Shown: positions 9,323 through 20,540, numbered from the stretch's first letter. The stretch is DNA of 64,000 nucleotides from Eubacteriales bacterium (GCA_045594785.1 JAZNZE010000001.1:77736-141735), one strand, 5' to 3'. Numbers and translations are program-made. The notes: generated from the sequence alone by a model not told the origin.

Positions 9323-11120
9323 GCCTGAGAACCGCCATAAAGGCTTCGGGCGTAACCTCTACGCTGCCGAGCTTACGCATCTTCTTTTTACCTTCCTTCT
9401 GCTTTTCAAGAAGCTTCTTCTTTCTCGTGATGTCACCACCGTAGCACTTCGCAAGGACGTCCTTACGCATTGCCTTAACGGTTTCCCTAGCTATTATCTT
9501 TGAGCCGATTGCTGCCTGAATCGGAATCTCAAGGAGCTGGCGCGGTATATTTTCCTTAAGCTTTTCGGCTATTTTTCTTGCTCTCGTATATGCTCTTTCC
9601 TCAAACACGATAAACGAAAGAGCGTCTACAACTTCACCGTTAAGCATAAAATCAAGCTTTACAAGCTTTGAAGGCTTATAATCCTTTAGCTCATAGTCAA
9701 GAGACGCGTAGCCCTTGGAGCGACTTTTCAAGGCGTCAAAGAAATCGTATATTATCTCGTTTAGCGGAAGCTCGTAATGAAGCTCCACCCTTTCCGTATC
9801 TATATACTTCATATCAATGAAGACGCCGCGTCTGTCCTGGCACAAATCCATTATTCCGCCAACGTAATCGGTAGGAGTTATGACGGTTGCCTTCATTATA
9901 GGCTCGTATGCAGTATTGATTTCGTCAGCCGTAGGAAATTTTGAAGGGTTATCGATAAGAATCGTTTCTCCCGAACGAAGCTCAACCTTATAAATAACCG
10001 AGGGAGCTGTGGTAATCAAATCGAGATTAAATTCACGCTCCAGTCTTTCTTCTATTATTTCCATATGAAGAAGACCGAGAAATCCGCATCTGAAGCCAAA
10101 TCCAAGCGCTACCGAGGTTTCGGGCTCGTAGACGAGAGAGGCATCGTTCAGCTTTAGCTTTTCAAGTGCGTCTCGAAGGTCTCCGTATCTGGCACCGTCT
10201 GCCGGATAGATACCCGAGTAAACCATGGGATGAACGTCACGGAAGCCGTCAAGAGCCTCTGCAGCAGGATTTTCGCAAGAGGTTATAGTATCTCCCACTC
10301 TCGTGTCGCTTACGTTTTTAATTGAAGCTGTGATATATCCAACCTCACCTGCCGAAAGCGATTCTCCTTTTTTCAGTCCAAAGGGCTCCATCGTGCCTAT
10401 CTCAACGATTTCAAACTCCGCTCCGGTTGACATAAGCTTTATTCTCTCGCCCGTCTTTACCGTACCGTCAAATATACGGATATATACTACGACACCGAGA
10501 TAAGAATCGTAATAGGAATCGAAGATAAGAGCCTTGAGAGGCGCATTTTCATCTCCCTTAGGCGCGGGAATATCGGTAACTACCTTTTCTAGCACGTCTT
10601 CAATATTAAGTCCTACCTTTGCCGAAACGGCAGGACAGTCCTCAGCGGGTATTCCGATAATATCTTCAATTTCCTTACGCGCTCCGTCAACGTCAGCGCT
10701 GGCAAGGTCGATTTTATTAATTACGGGCAGAATCTCAAGGTCGTTGTCAATGGCAAGATAAGCATTAGCAAGCGTCTGAGCCTCAACTCCCTGAGTTGCA
10801 TCAACAACCAGAAGCGCTCCCTCGCACGCCTTAAGCGAACGTGAAACCTCGTATCCGAAGTCTACGTGGCCGGGAGTATCTATGAGGTTAAAAATATAGC
10901 TCTCACCGTCTTTTGCGGTATAATTAAGCTTTACCGCTCTTGCTTTTATGGTAATGCCTCTTTCTTTTTCAAGATCCATATTATCGAGTATCTGCGACTC
11001 CATATCTCTTGATGCTACGGTACTTGTTTTTTCAAGAAGTCTGTCCGCAAGAGTGGACTTACCGTGGTCTATATGAGCTATAATTGAAAAATTTCGTATG
11101 TGTTTCTGTTTTTCGGTCAC
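9306..11120 (-). CDS. lepA: Translation elongation factor 4 (LepA)
   Basis: 604 aa with [20 protein letters not shown] and DTPGHVDF G motifs and a LepA C-terminal domain. Confidence 0.97.
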   Translation of the reverse strand: MTEKQKHIRNFSIIAHIDHGKSTLADRLLEKTSTVASRDMESQILDNMDLEKERGITIKARAVKLNYTAKDGESYIFNLIDTPGHVDFGYEVSRSLKACEGALLVVDATQGVEAQTLANAYLAIDNDLEILPVINKIDLASADVDGARKEIEDIIGIPAEDCPAVSAKVGLNIEDVLEKVVTDIPAPKGDENAPLKALIFDSYYDSYLGVVVYIRIFDGTVKTGERIKLMSTGAEFEIVEIGTMEPFGLKKGESLSAGEVGYITASIKNVSDTRVGDTITSCENPAAEALDGFRDVHPMVYSGIYPADGARYGDLRDALEKLKLNDASLVYEPETSVALGFGFRCGFLGLLHMEIIEERLEREFNLDLITTAPSVIYKVELRSGETILIDNPSKFPTADEINTAYEPIMKATVITPTDYVGGIMDLCQDRRGVFIDMKYIDTERVELHYELPLNEIIYDFFDALKSRSKGYASLDYELKDYKPSKLVKLDFMLNGEVVDALSFIVFEERAYTRARKIAEKLKENIPRQLLEIPIQAAIGSKIIARETVKAMRKDVLAKCYGGDITRKKKLLEKQKEGKKKMRKLGSVEVTPEAFMAVLRLDDDN

Positions 11121-11142
11121 TTTTTCCGTCCTGCTCTGAAGC

Positions 11143-12870
11143 TTAAAGCTCCATCAGCTTTTTTGCACTTTCCTTATAGATTTTGATTTTTTCGTCAAGA
11201 GAGGTCTTATTTTCTCCGTGGGCAAGAACGTATATTTTTATTTTAGGCTCTGTTCCCGAGGGACGAATAATTATCTTATCCTCGTTTTCCAGGGTGTAAT
11301 AAAGAACGTCCGATTTCGGCTGCCCTGTAGACTCGGTTTTTCCGTTTTCCAGATTAGTCACGACAGCTGACGCAAAATCGCCTATCGAGCTTACCCTTCT
11401 GCCTCCTATTTCAAGCGGCGGTGCTTCTCTCAGAGAGGTCATTACTCTGCGGCGCTTCTCTATTCCGTCAACACCCTCCATATAAATATCTATCATTGCC
11501 TCGGCATAATGACCGTAGGTATCGTAAAGGTCATCGAGAGCATCGCAAAGCGTTTTATTCTGCTTTTTGTAGTAGGCTGTCATCTCAAGAATAAGCATTG
11601 ACGCTTCAACTGCGTCCTTATCTCTTGCGTAAGAGCCGAGAAGATAACCGTAGCTCTCCTCAAAGCCAAGGACGAATCCGTCCTCTTCACCGCGAAATTC
11701 ATAGTTTTTGATAACCTCGCCTATAAACTTAAAGCCGGTAAGAACGTCGTGAAGCTTTATTCCCTGCATTTCACAGATTTTGTACGCCATATCGGTTGAA
11801 ACGATGCTTTTGACGGCATATGCGTTGCTTTTCAGAATATTTTTGCTTTTTCTTGCTCTGATTACGTAATCGAGAAGCAATGCTCCCATCTGATTTCCCG
11901 AAATGGTTACAAAGCTGCCGCTTTTATCCCTCGCCATAACGCCAACTCTGTCTGCATCGGGGTCGGTTGCGATTATAAGGTCGGATTTTACCTCATCGGC
12001 AAGTCTTATACCTATTTCAAACACGTCGGCATATTCGGGATTGGGTTTTTTTACGGTAGGAAAATTACCGTCAGGCATCATCTGCTCGCTGACCGTGTAA
12101 AGATGCTTTATTCCCATTCTCTTAAACACCTCGGGAACAAGTCTCGTTCCTGCACCGTGAAGAGGAGTATAAACTATCTTCAGCTCGTCTGCAGCCTCGC
12201 GTATAAGCTCGGGAGATATAGCGGTCTTCATAACCGCGTTTATATAGCGCTCGTCAAAATCCTTGCCGAGAATTATTATTTTGCCTTCATTTACGTATCT
12301 GTCGAAGGCTTCCGTTCCCGAAACGTCAAGAACGTCAAGCTCGGCTCTTTTGGAGGAAACCGCCTTTGCCTGCTCAGGACCTATCTGAGCACCGTCTTCC
12401 CAGTACGCCTTGTATCCGTTATATTCCTTCGGATTATGCGAAGCGGTAATGTTAATGCCCGCCATGGCAGAAAGCTCGCGAAGTGCAAATGAAAGCTCAG
12501 GTGTCGGACGAAGAGCGTCAAATATATAAGTTTTTATTCCTGCATCGGCAAGAACGGACGCGCTGACCTTAGCAAAAAGCTCGGAATTGTTTCTGGAGTC
12601 GTATGCAATTACCACGCCTCTTTCGCATCCTCCCTGCGACTTCACAAGAGCCGCAAGCGCTTTTGTCGTCTGAGCAACGGTAAATCTGTTCATACAGCCT
12701 ATACCCATATGCATTGTAGAACGCAATCCCGCAGTTCCGAAATCCATAGGAAAAGCAAATCTGAATTTCTTTTCGTCCTCATTATCAGCTATAGATTTCA
12801 GTTCATTCTTCTCTTCTTCGGTCAAAGCCGATGAGCTGAGCCATCTTTCGTATTCAACCTGATAGTTCAA
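11143..12870 (-). CDS. Phosphoglucomutase / phospho-sugar mutase (alpha-D-phosphohexomutase family)
   Basis: 575 aa with the active-site [13 protein letters not shown] motif and the DPDADR metal loop. Confidence 0.9.
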   Translation of the reverse strand: MNYQVEYERWLSSSALTEEEKNELKSIADNEDEKKFRFAFPMDFGTAGLRSTMHMGIGCMNRFTVAQTTKALAALVKSQGGCERGVVIAYDSRNNSELFAKVSASVLADAGIKTYIFDALRPTPELSFALRELSAMAGINITASHNPKEYNGYKAYWEDGAQIGPEQAKAVSSKRAELDVLDVSGTEAFDRYVNEGKIIILGKDFDERYINAVMKTAISPELIREAADELKIVYTPLHGAGTRLVPEVFKRMGIKHLYTVSEQMMPDGNFPTVKKPNPEYADVFEIGIRLADEVKSDLIIATDPDADRVGVMARDKSGSFVTISGNQMGALLLDYVIRARKSKNILKSNAYAVKSIVSTDMAYKICEMQGIKLHDVLTGFKFIGEVIKNYEFRGEEDGFVLGFEESYGYLLGSYARDKDAVEASMLILEMTAYYKKQNKTLCDALDDLYDTYGHYAEAMIDIYMEGVDGIEKRRRVMTSLREAPPLEIGGRRVSSIGDFASAVVTNLENGKTESTGQPKSDVLYYTLENEDKIIIRPSGTEPKIKIYVLAHGENKTSLDEKIKIYKESAKKLMEL

Positions 12871-12900
12871 GTGTTTCTCCTCCGATTACAGTATTATTCT

Positions 12901-13155
12901 TTATTCTTTGGTAGCCTCTTCAATAGCCTTTGCAAGCTGGTCGGGGCAGGAGGTGGGCTTAAATCCGCATTTAATTCCCTTAAGTCTCTTTATTGCCTCC
13001 TCTGCCTTCATTCCCTTTACAAGAGAGGCAACGCCTGCCGTATTGCCCGAGCATCCTCCCACAAAGGAGCAGTCGGTAACTATTCCGTCTTCAACGTCTA
13101 CTATTACCATTCTTGAGCAGGTTCCGCTTGTTTTATACTCGATTCGCTTTTTCAT
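12901..13155 (-). CDS. TSCPD-domain protein (TIGR03905-like small Cys-rich protein)
   Basis: 84 aa with GTCSRMV...GGCSGN...KCG...SCPDQ motifs typical of the family. Confidence 0.7.
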   Translation of the reverse strand: MKKRIEYKTSGTCSRMVIVDVEDGIVTDCSFVGGCSGNTAGVASLVKGMKAEEAIKRLKGIKCGFKPTSCPDQLAKAIEEATKE

Positions 13156-13190
13156 AATTATGATTCATCCTTTTATTTTATTCATTTTTG

Positions 13191-14174
13191 TCATTCAAGA
13201 TTTTTGTAAATGCCTATCGCAGTATACGGTCCTGCAAAAAGCGTAAGAAAGACTAACAGAGCCGAAAAATCGCATCCCTCGTCTTTAAAAACTATTGTAT
13301 AATACGGAGCTTCTCCCTCGTCTCCCTCAAACCTTACCGTATTTATACGGTAAACCGAAGCACCGAACATATCGGCAGCGGTAAAAAGCGCTGAAAGTGA
13401 AAGCGGTCCGTCCGCACGCAGACGAATTTCAAGATATCTGTCGTCATCATCGGCAACCGGGGGAATTTTAAACCGCCTCGAAACTAATGCGTATTTTACG
13501 TCTGCCATACCGTCAAAGCCGAAAACCGGAGTAACCGATGCTATTTTCAAATCATACTTAAAAAGCAGTGCCGCAACCGATGCAAGCCTTACTCCGCCCC
13601 TCTCCTCAAGAGGTAGAATGGCAAATTCCTTTTTCCCTTCGCTGACCGCCTCGGCAGCCTCCCTCAGCGTTTCGACATAGGCAACCGTTGCCCCGCTTAT
13701 GCTCTCGGAAAAAACGTCATAAGCTTCATCCGAAAGTCGGTTTTTCACGTAAATAATACCTGCGTCACCATCTCCCGCGGAAAGAAAATCTGCCTCTGTA
13801 ATTCTGAAATTGCCTTGTCCGAGCCTCTCGGTAAGCAACAACGAAAAAACTGCTTTATCGTGTGACGAAAGCGCACCGAGATAATTCTTTAACGTCTCGG
13901 TATTTTGAGGCATAGCATTTTCGTGTGGCTGCACGCCCGAAAAGCTTAAGCCGTCAGAAAGAAATCCGAGGCACTCGTAAATTCCGAATCCCCCCTCAAG
14001 CAGCTCCGTTACTATCTTCGCGGCATCAGCGCTTATTTCAGCCATTTCGCATATTTTCTTTTCGAAAACAATCGATTGCTCAATTGAAAGAGCATCAAGA
14101 TTTTCAATATTCACGCTGTCGGGTACAAAAAATTCTTCCCTTTGCATAAGCTCCTCCAACATAAACTTCGTCAA
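13191..14174 (-). CDS. Hypothetical protein with a divergent prephenate-dehydratase/ACT-like C-terminal half
   Basis: 327-aa ORF. The FAILPLEERGGVRLASVAALL segment resembles the PDT VPIENSxxG region, and the C-terminus ends in an ACT-like beta-alpha-beta pattern. I recognised nothing in the N-terminal 130 aa or so. Confidence 0.5.
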   Translation of the reverse strand: MTKFMLEELMQREEFFVPDSVNIENLDALSIEQSIVFEKKICEMAEISADAAKIVTELLEGGFGIYECLGFLSDGLSFSGVQPHENAMPQNTETLKNYLGALSSHDKAVFSLLLTERLGQGNFRITEADFLSAGDGDAGIIYVKNRLSDEAYDVFSESISGATVAYVETLREAAEAVSEGKKEFAILPLEERGGVRLASVAALLFKYDLKIASVTPVFGFDGMADVKYALVSRRFKIPPVADDDDRYLEIRLRADGPLSLSALFTAADMFGASVYRINTVRFEGDEGEAPYYTIVFKDEGCDFSALLVFLTLFAGPYTAIGIYKNLE

Positions 14175-14239
14175 TATATATTATAAAGGATTTTTACGGC
14201 AAATACAATAGATATTTTAGATATTTTTGCAAAGCAGAA

Positions 14240-14268
14240 AAAAGACCGCTAAAAAAGCGGTCTTTTTT
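14240..14268 (-). terminator. Intrinsic terminator downstream of tRNA-Leu
   Basis: AAGACCGCT pairs with AGCGGTCTT and is flanked by A and T runs. On the minus strand it is followed by TTTTTT. Confidence 0.6.
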
Positions 14269-14355
14269 TGGTGCCGGTAGTCGGGGTCGAACCGACACGG
14301 TATTGCTACCTTCGGATTTTGAGTCCGACGCGTCTGCCAATTCCACCATACCGGC
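14269..14355 (-). tRNA. tRNA-Leu (anticodon CAA), class II with long variable arm, CCA encoded
   Basis: Reverse complement is GCCGGTATGGTGGAATTGGCAGACGCGTCGGACTCAAAATCCGAAGGTAGCAATACCGTGTCGGTTCGACCCCGACTACCGGCACCA. Anticodon loop is CTCAAAA. Confidence 0.9.
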
Positions 14356-14383
14356 ATATTGGTGTGAACCTGCCACGCTGAGT

Positions 14384-14412
14384 ATTATATCATACCAAAA
14401 GAGAAAAATCAA
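14384..14412 (-). promoter_or_regulatory. Sigma-A-type promoter for tRNA-Leu
   Basis: On the minus strand: TTGATT (14407-14412), 17-nt spacer, TGA-TATAAT (-10 at 14384-14389). Confidence 0.5.
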
Positions 14413-14434
14413 GACCTTACACGAAATATTTATT

Positions 14435-14911
14435 CTAGTCTCTTCCCTTTTTTTCGAGCCTTACTATCGCCCTTTTCAGATATCTTTCGATATAAGCCTG
14501 TTTTTTAAATTCATTTTTAAACATAATCACGTCAAACAAAATAGCAAAGACGGGAATTACGTTAATTGCTTTAAGATAGATGCATTGAATTACAATAAAT
14601 ACGGTAAGTGCAATGATTAAAAAATGAAAAATCGGTGCGGTGAGTATTAGTCCCTTTATTTTGCTTCCATCTTCACATTTCTTTATCCGCCCCTTGAAGT
14701 AAGTACCTTCAAGAAAGCCGTTATCCTTTGTAGGACCGCCCATTATCTCACATCTGATTTTGATTTTTCCGTTGCCTCTGTCCTTTACGTGCATATGAGG
14801 TCTCGTGCCCTTTTCGTTGAATTTCACACCGTCACTCACAAAGCTGTTATCGGAAATTGCTCCGATAAGCTCCTCGGGGCTTTTTGAAGAGGTAAGATTT
14901 ATAAGCTTCAT
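14435..14911 (-). CDS. Hypothetical membrane protein (soluble N-terminal domain plus two TM helices)
   Basis: 158-aa ORF with hydrophobic stretches ILTAPIFHFLIIALTVFIVIQCIY and VIPVFAILFDVIMF. I recognised no family. Confidence 0.6.
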   Translation of the reverse strand: MKLINLTSSKSPEELIGAISDNSFVSDGVKFNEKGTRPHMHVKDRGNGKIKIRCEIMGGPTKDNGFLEGTYFKGRIKKCEDGSKIKGLILTAPIFHFLIIALTVFIVIQCIYLKAINVIPVFAILFDVIMFKNEFKKQAYIERYLKRAIVRLEKKGRD

Positions 14912-14928
14912 AAAAATCTCCGTTAAAC

Positions 14929-17334
14929 TTATTTTTGCTTGAATTCTATAACGGTGACACCTGCATCACCCTCACCGTACGTTCCGTGGCGGTAGGATTT
15001 GATTCTCGAATCGGTCTTAAAATATTTCCAGAGCGCAGCTCTAAGCGCGCCCGTTCCCTTTCCGTGAATGATACGAACCGTTGGGATACCTGCAAGAACT
15101 GCATCGTCAAGATATTTGTCAACGACAAACCACGCATCGTCTCCAATCATACCTCTTACGTCCACTTCGGGACGGAAGGTGGAAACTATGGACTTCTTTA
15201 CCTTTCCCTCGTTAACTCTCGGCGGCTCTGGCTTTTTCCTGAATTTAACGTCTCCGTCAATCAGGCGCAGCTTATCCTCCGTAACTTTAGTCTTGAGTAT
15301 TCCTGCGGTCACCGCTATCAGTCCCTTTGAATCCTTAAGCGCGGTTACAACGCCTTCCTTGCCGAGCGTCACAAGATAAACCTTGTCTCCCAAAGCAAGC
15401 GGACGAGGAAGCTTATACTCCTCGTCAAGAGAAACCTCTTTGACGTCAAGTCCGTCAAAAAGAGCTTCACTCTCGCGCATACGCTCTCTTACCGCCGCTC
15501 TTGCATCAAGCATCATTGCGTTACGCTTTTCTTTATCCTCTTGCTTCTTAAGGTCCTCTAGCTGACGGAATATAAACTCGCTGGAAGCTCTTGCGCTATC
15601 CAGAATCTGCCTTGCTTTAAGTGTTGATTTTGCAATTTCTTCCTCGCTTTTGGCAATTCGTTTTTTGAGCTCCGCTTCAGCGTTAAGCTTATATTGCTCA
15701 TATTCGCGGCGCAGCTTTTCAGCAGTATTCTTTTCTTTTTCAAGCTCAATTCTGTTCGTATCAAGACGCTCTATTACGTCCTCAAAACGCTTATTGTCAC
15801 GCTCTATCAGCCTATCTGCTCGTTCTATTACGTCAGATGGCATACCGAGCTTTTCGGATATAGCAAAAGCATTTGACTTGCCCGGAGTACCTACTATAAG
15901 ACGGTAGGTAGGTCTGAGCGTTTCTATATCAAATTCACAGGAAGCGTTTTGAACCCTCGGGGTCTGAAGGGCGTATACCTTAAGCTCCGAGTAGTGAGTG
16001 GTTGCCAGAGAAAGCGCGCCTCTCGCCTGAGTTTTTTCGAGAATAGCGGTTGCAAGCGCCGCTCCCTCTACCGGGTCGGTTCCCGAACCAAGCTCGTCAA
16101 AAAGAACGAGGGATTTATCGCCTATTTTTGAAAGTATATCAACCACGTTCACCATATGTGATGAGAAGGTTGAAAGCGAGGCTTCTATGCTCTGCTCGTC
16201 ACCTATATCCGCAAGTATACTGTCAAATATTCCTACACGTGAGCTTTCAAGAGCAGGTATCTGAAGTCCGGATTGTGTCATAACCGTAAGAAGTCCTACG
16301 GTTTTAAGCGTAACCGTTTTTCCTCCCGTATTGGGACCCGTTATAATCAAGGTATCGTTCTCTTCTCCAACGCTCACGTCAATCGGAACGACCTTATCCT
16401 TCGGTATCAGAGGGTGTCTTGCTCTCTTTATGTCAACAAGTCTGTCCTTTATTACCTGCGGGGGCTGCGCCTTCATATCCATAGCAAGCGATGCGCAGCC
16501 GAAGGCAAAGGAAAGCTCTGTTATATTGTGATAGTTAAGAGAAATAGGCGAGGAAAAATCGGCGCACTCTGCAGAAAGCGCGGCAAGAATACGCTCTATT
16601 TCGTGCTCCTCTGCAGCCGAAAGCGTCTTAAGCTCGTTATTTGCCTCTACAACCGCCATAGGCTCAACGAAAAGCGTTGCACCCGTGGAAGAGGTGTCGT
16701 GAACGAGGCCCTTTAGCTCGTTTCGATGCTCTGCCTTTACGGGAACAACGTAACGTCCGTTACGCATCGTGACTATGTTTTCCTGGAGATATTTAAGTCG
16801 GTTTCCGCCTATAAAGCTCTGGAGGGTGTCCTTTATTCTATTATTCGTTGCTCTTATCTTTCTTCGGATTTCCGCAAGCGCGGTGCTGGCTTCGTCAGCT
16901 ATCAGCTCCTCTGAGATAACCGAGCGCGTTATTTTTTCCTCAAGCTCACGGTTTGTAAGCATTCGTCTGAAAATCTCGTCAAGTGAGGTTTCAAACGGCT
17001 TGTCCGTGTTTATATAATCAAGAAGCCCTCTGGCGCATCTCAGAAGCGATGCCACGTCAAGAAGCTCCTTCGGAGAAAGAACTGCGCCTTTATACGCTCT
17101 GTCAGCCGATGCGATAACCGTATCCGGCGCGGAAAACGAAGGAAAGCCCTTTGCATTTACAAGTCTTTTAGCATCGTCCGTTTTTCTTTGCCTCATAACC
17201 ACGGTATCGTAGTCATCGGAGGGAGTAAGCGACAAGGCACGAGCCTTAGCGCCTTCGGTTACACAAGAATCGCAAAGGCGCTCTCTTATTTTATCAAATT
17301 CAAGAATTTTCTGTGTTTTTTCAGTAAATAACAT
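14929..17334 (-). CDS. mutS2: Endonuclease MutS2
   Basis: 801 aa with a MutS ATPase domain (GPNTGGKTV, DELGSGTDP) and a C-terminal Smr domain (HGKGTGALR). Confidence 0.95.
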   Translation of the reverse strand: MLFTEKTQKILEFDKIRERLCDSCVTEGAKARALSLTPSDDYDTVVMRQRKTDDAKRLVNAKGFPSFSAPDTVIASADRAYKGAVLSPKELLDVASLLRCARGLLDYINTDKPFETSLDEIFRRMLTNRELEEKITRSVISEELIADEASTALAEIRRKIRATNNRIKDTLQSFIGGNRLKYLQENIVTMRNGRYVVPVKAEHRNELKGLVHDTSSTGATLFVEPMAVVEANNELKTLSAAEEHEIERILAALSAECADFSSPISLNYHNITELSFAFGCASLAMDMKAQPPQVIKDRLVDIKRARHPLIPKDKVVPIDVSVGEENDTLIITGPNTGGKTVTLKTVGLLTVMTQSGLQIPALESSRVGIFDSILADIGDEQSIEASLSTFSSHMVNVVDILSKIGDKSLVLFDELGSGTDPVEGAALATAILEKTQARGALSLATTHYSELKVYALQTPRVQNASCEFDIETLRPTYRLIVGTPGKSNAFAISEKLGMPSDVIERADRLIERDNKRFEDVIERLDTNRIELEKEKNTAEKLRREYEQYKLNAEAELKKRIAKSEEEIAKSTLKARQILDSARASSEFIFRQLEDLKKQEDKEKRNAMMLDARAAVRERMRESEALFDGLDVKEVSLDEEYKLPRPLALGDKVYLVTLGKEGVVTALKDSKGLIAVTAGILKTKVTEDKLRLIDGDVKFRKKPEPPRVNEGKVKKSIVSTFRPEVDVRGMIGDDAWFVVDKYLDDAVLAGIPTVRIIHGKGTGALRAALWKYFKTDSRIKSYRHGTYGEGDAGVTVIEFKQK

Positions 17335-17349
17335 TTTTTGACCTTCAGA

Positions 17350-18138
17350 TTAGAAATCATTTTTGCCCGAAACCTGTTTATAAAAATCAAGTGTCCTATA
17401 AGAACGCTCCAGCTGATTTATCAGATAAAGCTCGGTGGCTTTTGAAAAAAGCTCCATATCCTCATCGGGAATGCTGAAAGAAAACAGCTTTTCTATCGGA
17501 GAATGAACACAGTATCCAAGAGCTATCTTTGCCGAGGGAGAAAGATAGCAGATAATACGGCTCTCGTGCGGATTTTCAGGCTCAGTATGTCTTTTTTCAA
17601 GCTCACTTTTGCAGTTCGCGCAGGTAAGCGAGCCGCCCATAATATCAAAATAGAATATACCTTCCCTCTCGGAGCAAAAGCTGCAGGAAATAACGTCAGG
17701 CATAAATCCCAGAATCGCGGCGCACCGAATCTCAAAGGCAGCCTTTATTCTGTCTATAGGATATTTGCCGCTTGATATTGCGTAAAGAGAATTAAGCGAA
17801 AGCCTGAGCAGCTCACGCTCTGCTTCTGCAACCGTAACGTCAGAAAGAACCTCTGCAATATATCCCGCAAGCGCAAGTCCTTCTATCGTGCGTCTGATAT
17901 CGAAAAAGTTTTCAATAAGCTCAGCTTCCTTTACGTAGTAGTATTCGCCTCGCTTACTGAGCAAAAATTTTGAATAGCAGAACTGCATAGTCGAAGACAT
18001 TTTTCTGCTTTTTAGGGAGCGAGCCCCTCTCGCAGTTGCCGACACTACGCCGAGCTCCTCCGTAAACACCGTTAATATGCGGTCGGATTCCTTTACGTCA
18101 GTAGTCCTTATAACAAGGCCCTTAACCTCTGTATCCAT
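17350..18138 (-). CDS. recO: DNA repair protein RecO
   Basis: 262 aa with an OB-fold N-terminus and a Cys4 zinc motif (CSFC...CANC). It lies immediately downstream of era, as in Bacillus. Confidence 0.9.
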   Translation of the reverse strand: MDTEVKGLVIRTTDVKESDRILTVFTEELGVVSATARGARSLKSRKMSSTMQFCYSKFLLSKRGEYYYVKEAELIENFFDIRRTIEGLALAGYIAEVLSDVTVAEAERELLRLSLNSLYAISSGKYPIDRIKAAFEIRCAAILGFMPDVISCSFCSEREGIFYFDIMGGSLTCANCKSELEKRHTEPENPHESRIICYLSPSAKIALGYCVHSPIEKLFSFSIPDEDMELFSKATELYLINQLERSYRTLDFYKQVSGKNDF

Positions 18139-19025
18139 CAGTTGTCATCCGTATAACCGAGGTTGGTTATGTTAAAATCACTGTCGCGCCAATTTTCCTT
18201 AACCCTTACGTAAAGGTCGAGGAATACCTTAGCGTCAAGCATCTTCTCTATGTCCTCGCGCGCATACGTGCCTATTTTCTTAATTGTAGCTCCGCTCTTG
18301 CCTATTATAATTCCCTTGTGAGTTGCCTTTTCGCAGTATATTTCCGCACGGATCGAAACCACGCCGCGCTTTTCCTTCCACTCCTCTATCGCAACCGCAG
18401 TTCCGTGAGGAATTTCCTCGTCAAGAGTTCTGAGCAGCTTTTCTCTTATTATTTCCGCTGCAACAAGTCTTTCGGGCTGGTCGGTAATCATATCCTCATC
18501 GAAGCACCAGTCAGCCTCGTACAGAAATTTTTCGCATTCGGAAAGAAGGGTGTCCGTTCCCTTGCCGTTTTTTGCAGAAAGAGGTATTACCGCTTCAAAA
18601 TTGAATTCCTTTGAATACGCAAGTATTGTCTTGGCAATGTTTTCGGGAGAAACCGCATCTATCTTATTGATTACGAGAATTGCTTTCATTTCATCAGCCT
18701 TGAAGCGAGAAATGAGCGAAGCCTCTATGTCTCCCACCTCTTCCCTTGCTTCAACGACAAGAATTGCCGCGTCTACTCCGCCCAGCGTTTCGGAGGTGGT
18801 CTTAACCATAAAGTCTCCAAGTCTTGTTCTCGGCTTATGAAGTCCCGGAGTATCAAGAAAGACAAACTGATTTTCTCCTACGGTATGTATTCCCGTAATT
18901 CTGTTTCTCGTTGTCTGCGGTTTTTTAGAAACTATCGCAATCTTCTCACCGAGAATTGAGTTAAGAAGAGTTGATTTTCCTACGTTAGGTCTTCCTACAA
19001 TTGCTATAAACGCCGTTTTAGTCAT
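18138..19025 (-). CDS. era: GTPase Era
   Basis: 295 aa with GRPNVGKSTLLN, DTPG and NKID motifs and a C-terminal KH domain. Confidence 0.96.
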   Translation of the reverse strand: MTKTAFIAIVGRPNVGKSTLLNSILGEKIAIVSKKPQTTRNRITGIHTVGENQFVFLDTPGLHKPRTRLGDFMVKTTSETLGGVDAAILVVEAREEVGDIEASLISRFKADEMKAILVINKIDAVSPENIAKTILAYSKEFNFEAVIPLSAKNGKGTDTLLSECEKFLYEADWCFDEDMITDQPERLVAAEIIREKLLRTLDEEIPHGTAVAIEEWKEKRGVVSIRAEIYCEKATHKGIIIGKSGATIKKIGTYAREDIEKMLDAKVFLDLYVRVKENWRDSDFNITNLGYTDDN

Positions 19026-19039
19026 ATATTATCTCCACT

Positions 19040-19513
19040 TTATATTTCAACTTCCGCTATTATTTCTCTCTGCGCCTTGCACTGAGCCTCATCATCCTCG
19101 GAAGAACGCTCATGGTCGTATCCGAGAAGGTGCAAGGTTGAATGAATTGCAAGAAACGCTACCTCACGAAGAAATCCGTGCCCAAGCTCCTTTGCCTGCT
19201 CTGCAGCGCGCTCAAGAGAAATAACTATGTCACCCAGCATAGCACCTGATATGCATTCCCAAGTATCAAACTCACCGTTTTCATAAAGAGGAAAGGAAAG
19301 AACGTCAGTAGCGCTGTCCTTTCCGCGATATTCCCTGTTAAGACGCTTTATATATTCATTATCGCAAAGGGTTACGGAAACCTCTGCATCGTACGGGAAT
19401 TTTTCATGCGCAAGCGTTTTGCTTACAGCGCGTCTTATAACCGTTTTGAAATAATAATCGGTCTCCAAGGATTTTTTTGTTTTTCTGAAATTAATTTTTA
19501 ACGCTCTGTCCAT
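19040..19513 (-). CDS. ybeY: rRNA maturation endoribonuclease YbeY
   Basis: 157 aa with the HSTLHLLGYDH zinc-binding motif. Confidence 0.95.
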   Translation of the reverse strand: MDRALKINFRKTKKSLETDYYFKTVIRRAVSKTLAHEKFPYDAEVSVTLCDNEYIKRLNREYRGKDSATDVLSFPLYENGEFDTWECISGAMLGDIVISLERAAEQAKELGHGFLREVAFLAIHSTLHLLGYDHERSSEDDEAQCKAQREIIAEVEI

Positions 19514-19514
19514 A

Positions 19515-20540
19515 TTATTTGCCGCTGTCTTCCTTTACCGTCTTTCTTCTTGCTTCAAACCTCTTGGTCGCTGCTTCTCTTTCGTATTTATCGTACGCTG
19601 AAATAATCTTTCTTACAAGATTGTGTCTTACAACGTCACGCTCCGAAAATTCGAAAATTCCTATACCCTCTATTCCCGAAAGTACCTTTGCAGCTATAGA
19701 AAGTCCGCTTTTCGTCCCTCTCGGAAGGTCCGTCTGCGAAAGGTCACCCGTAACAACCGCCTTTGAATTAAAGCCAAGTCTTGTCAGAAACATTTTCATC
19801 TGCTCAGGAGTTGTGTTCTGCGCCTCGTCAAGAATTATAAACGAATCGTCAAGAGTTCTTCCTCTCATATATGCAAGCGGAGCAATCTCTATAGTTCCGC
19901 GTTCTACGTGCCTCTGATAATTTTCAGGTCCGAGCATCTCAAAAAGCGCATCGTAAAGAGGTCTGAGATAGGGATCTATTTTGCTCTGCAAATCACCCGG
20001 AAGAAATCCAAGCCTCTCTCCCGCCTCTACAGCCGGACGCGTCAGAATAATACGGGATACCTTTTTATTTCTAAGAGCCTCTGTTGCCATTGCTACCGCA
20101 AGAAAGGTCTTACCCGTTCCCGCAGGACCAAGTCCAAGAACAACGGTATTGTCCTTTATCATTTTGACGTATTTCTTCTGTCCTGCCGTTTTGGGCTTTA
20201 TAGGCTTTCCTCTGTTGGTTATGCAAATTACCCCATCGGAAAAACCGATTTCCTCGTCTACGTTATCACGCACGAGGCTTATCACGTAATCAACGCTCTG
20301 CGCGCTTACGGTTTCTCCCTCGCCTGCCATATGCTTAAGATATTCAAGCGCCTTTGCTGCCTTTTCGGTATTTTCGCGCTCTCCGGTTATCAGAATGGCG
20401 TCTCCGCCCTCGGATTTTGAATTTCTGTCAGAAATCCTCACCTCAAACGCCGTTTCTATCATTCTTACATTCGAATCAAACGCACCGAAGATAGCGGCAG
20501 TCGCCTCTCCGGAATTTGTCATTACTATTTTTTCAGACAT
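19515..20540 (-). CDS. phoH: PhoH family ATPase
   Basis: 341 aa with Walker A GPAGTGKTFLA and the LDEAQN motif. It holds the conserved yqfD-phoH-ybeY position. Confidence 0.93.
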   Translation of the reverse strand: MSEKIVMTNSGEATAAIFGAFDSNVRMIETAFEVRISDRNSKSEGGDAILITGERENTEKAAKALEYLKHMAGEGETVSAQSVDYVISLVRDNVDEEIGFSDGVICITNRGKPIKPKTAGQKKYVKMIKDNTVVLGLGPAGTGKTFLAVAMATEALRNKKVSRIILTRPAVEAGERLGFLPGDLQSKIDPYLRPLYDALFEMLGPENYQRHVERGTIEIAPLAYMRGRTLDDSFIILDEAQNTTPEQMKMFLTRLGFNSKAVVTGDLSQTDLPRGTKSGLSIAAKVLSGIEGIGIFEFSERDVVRHNLVRKIISAYDKYEREAATKRFEARRKTVKEDSGK

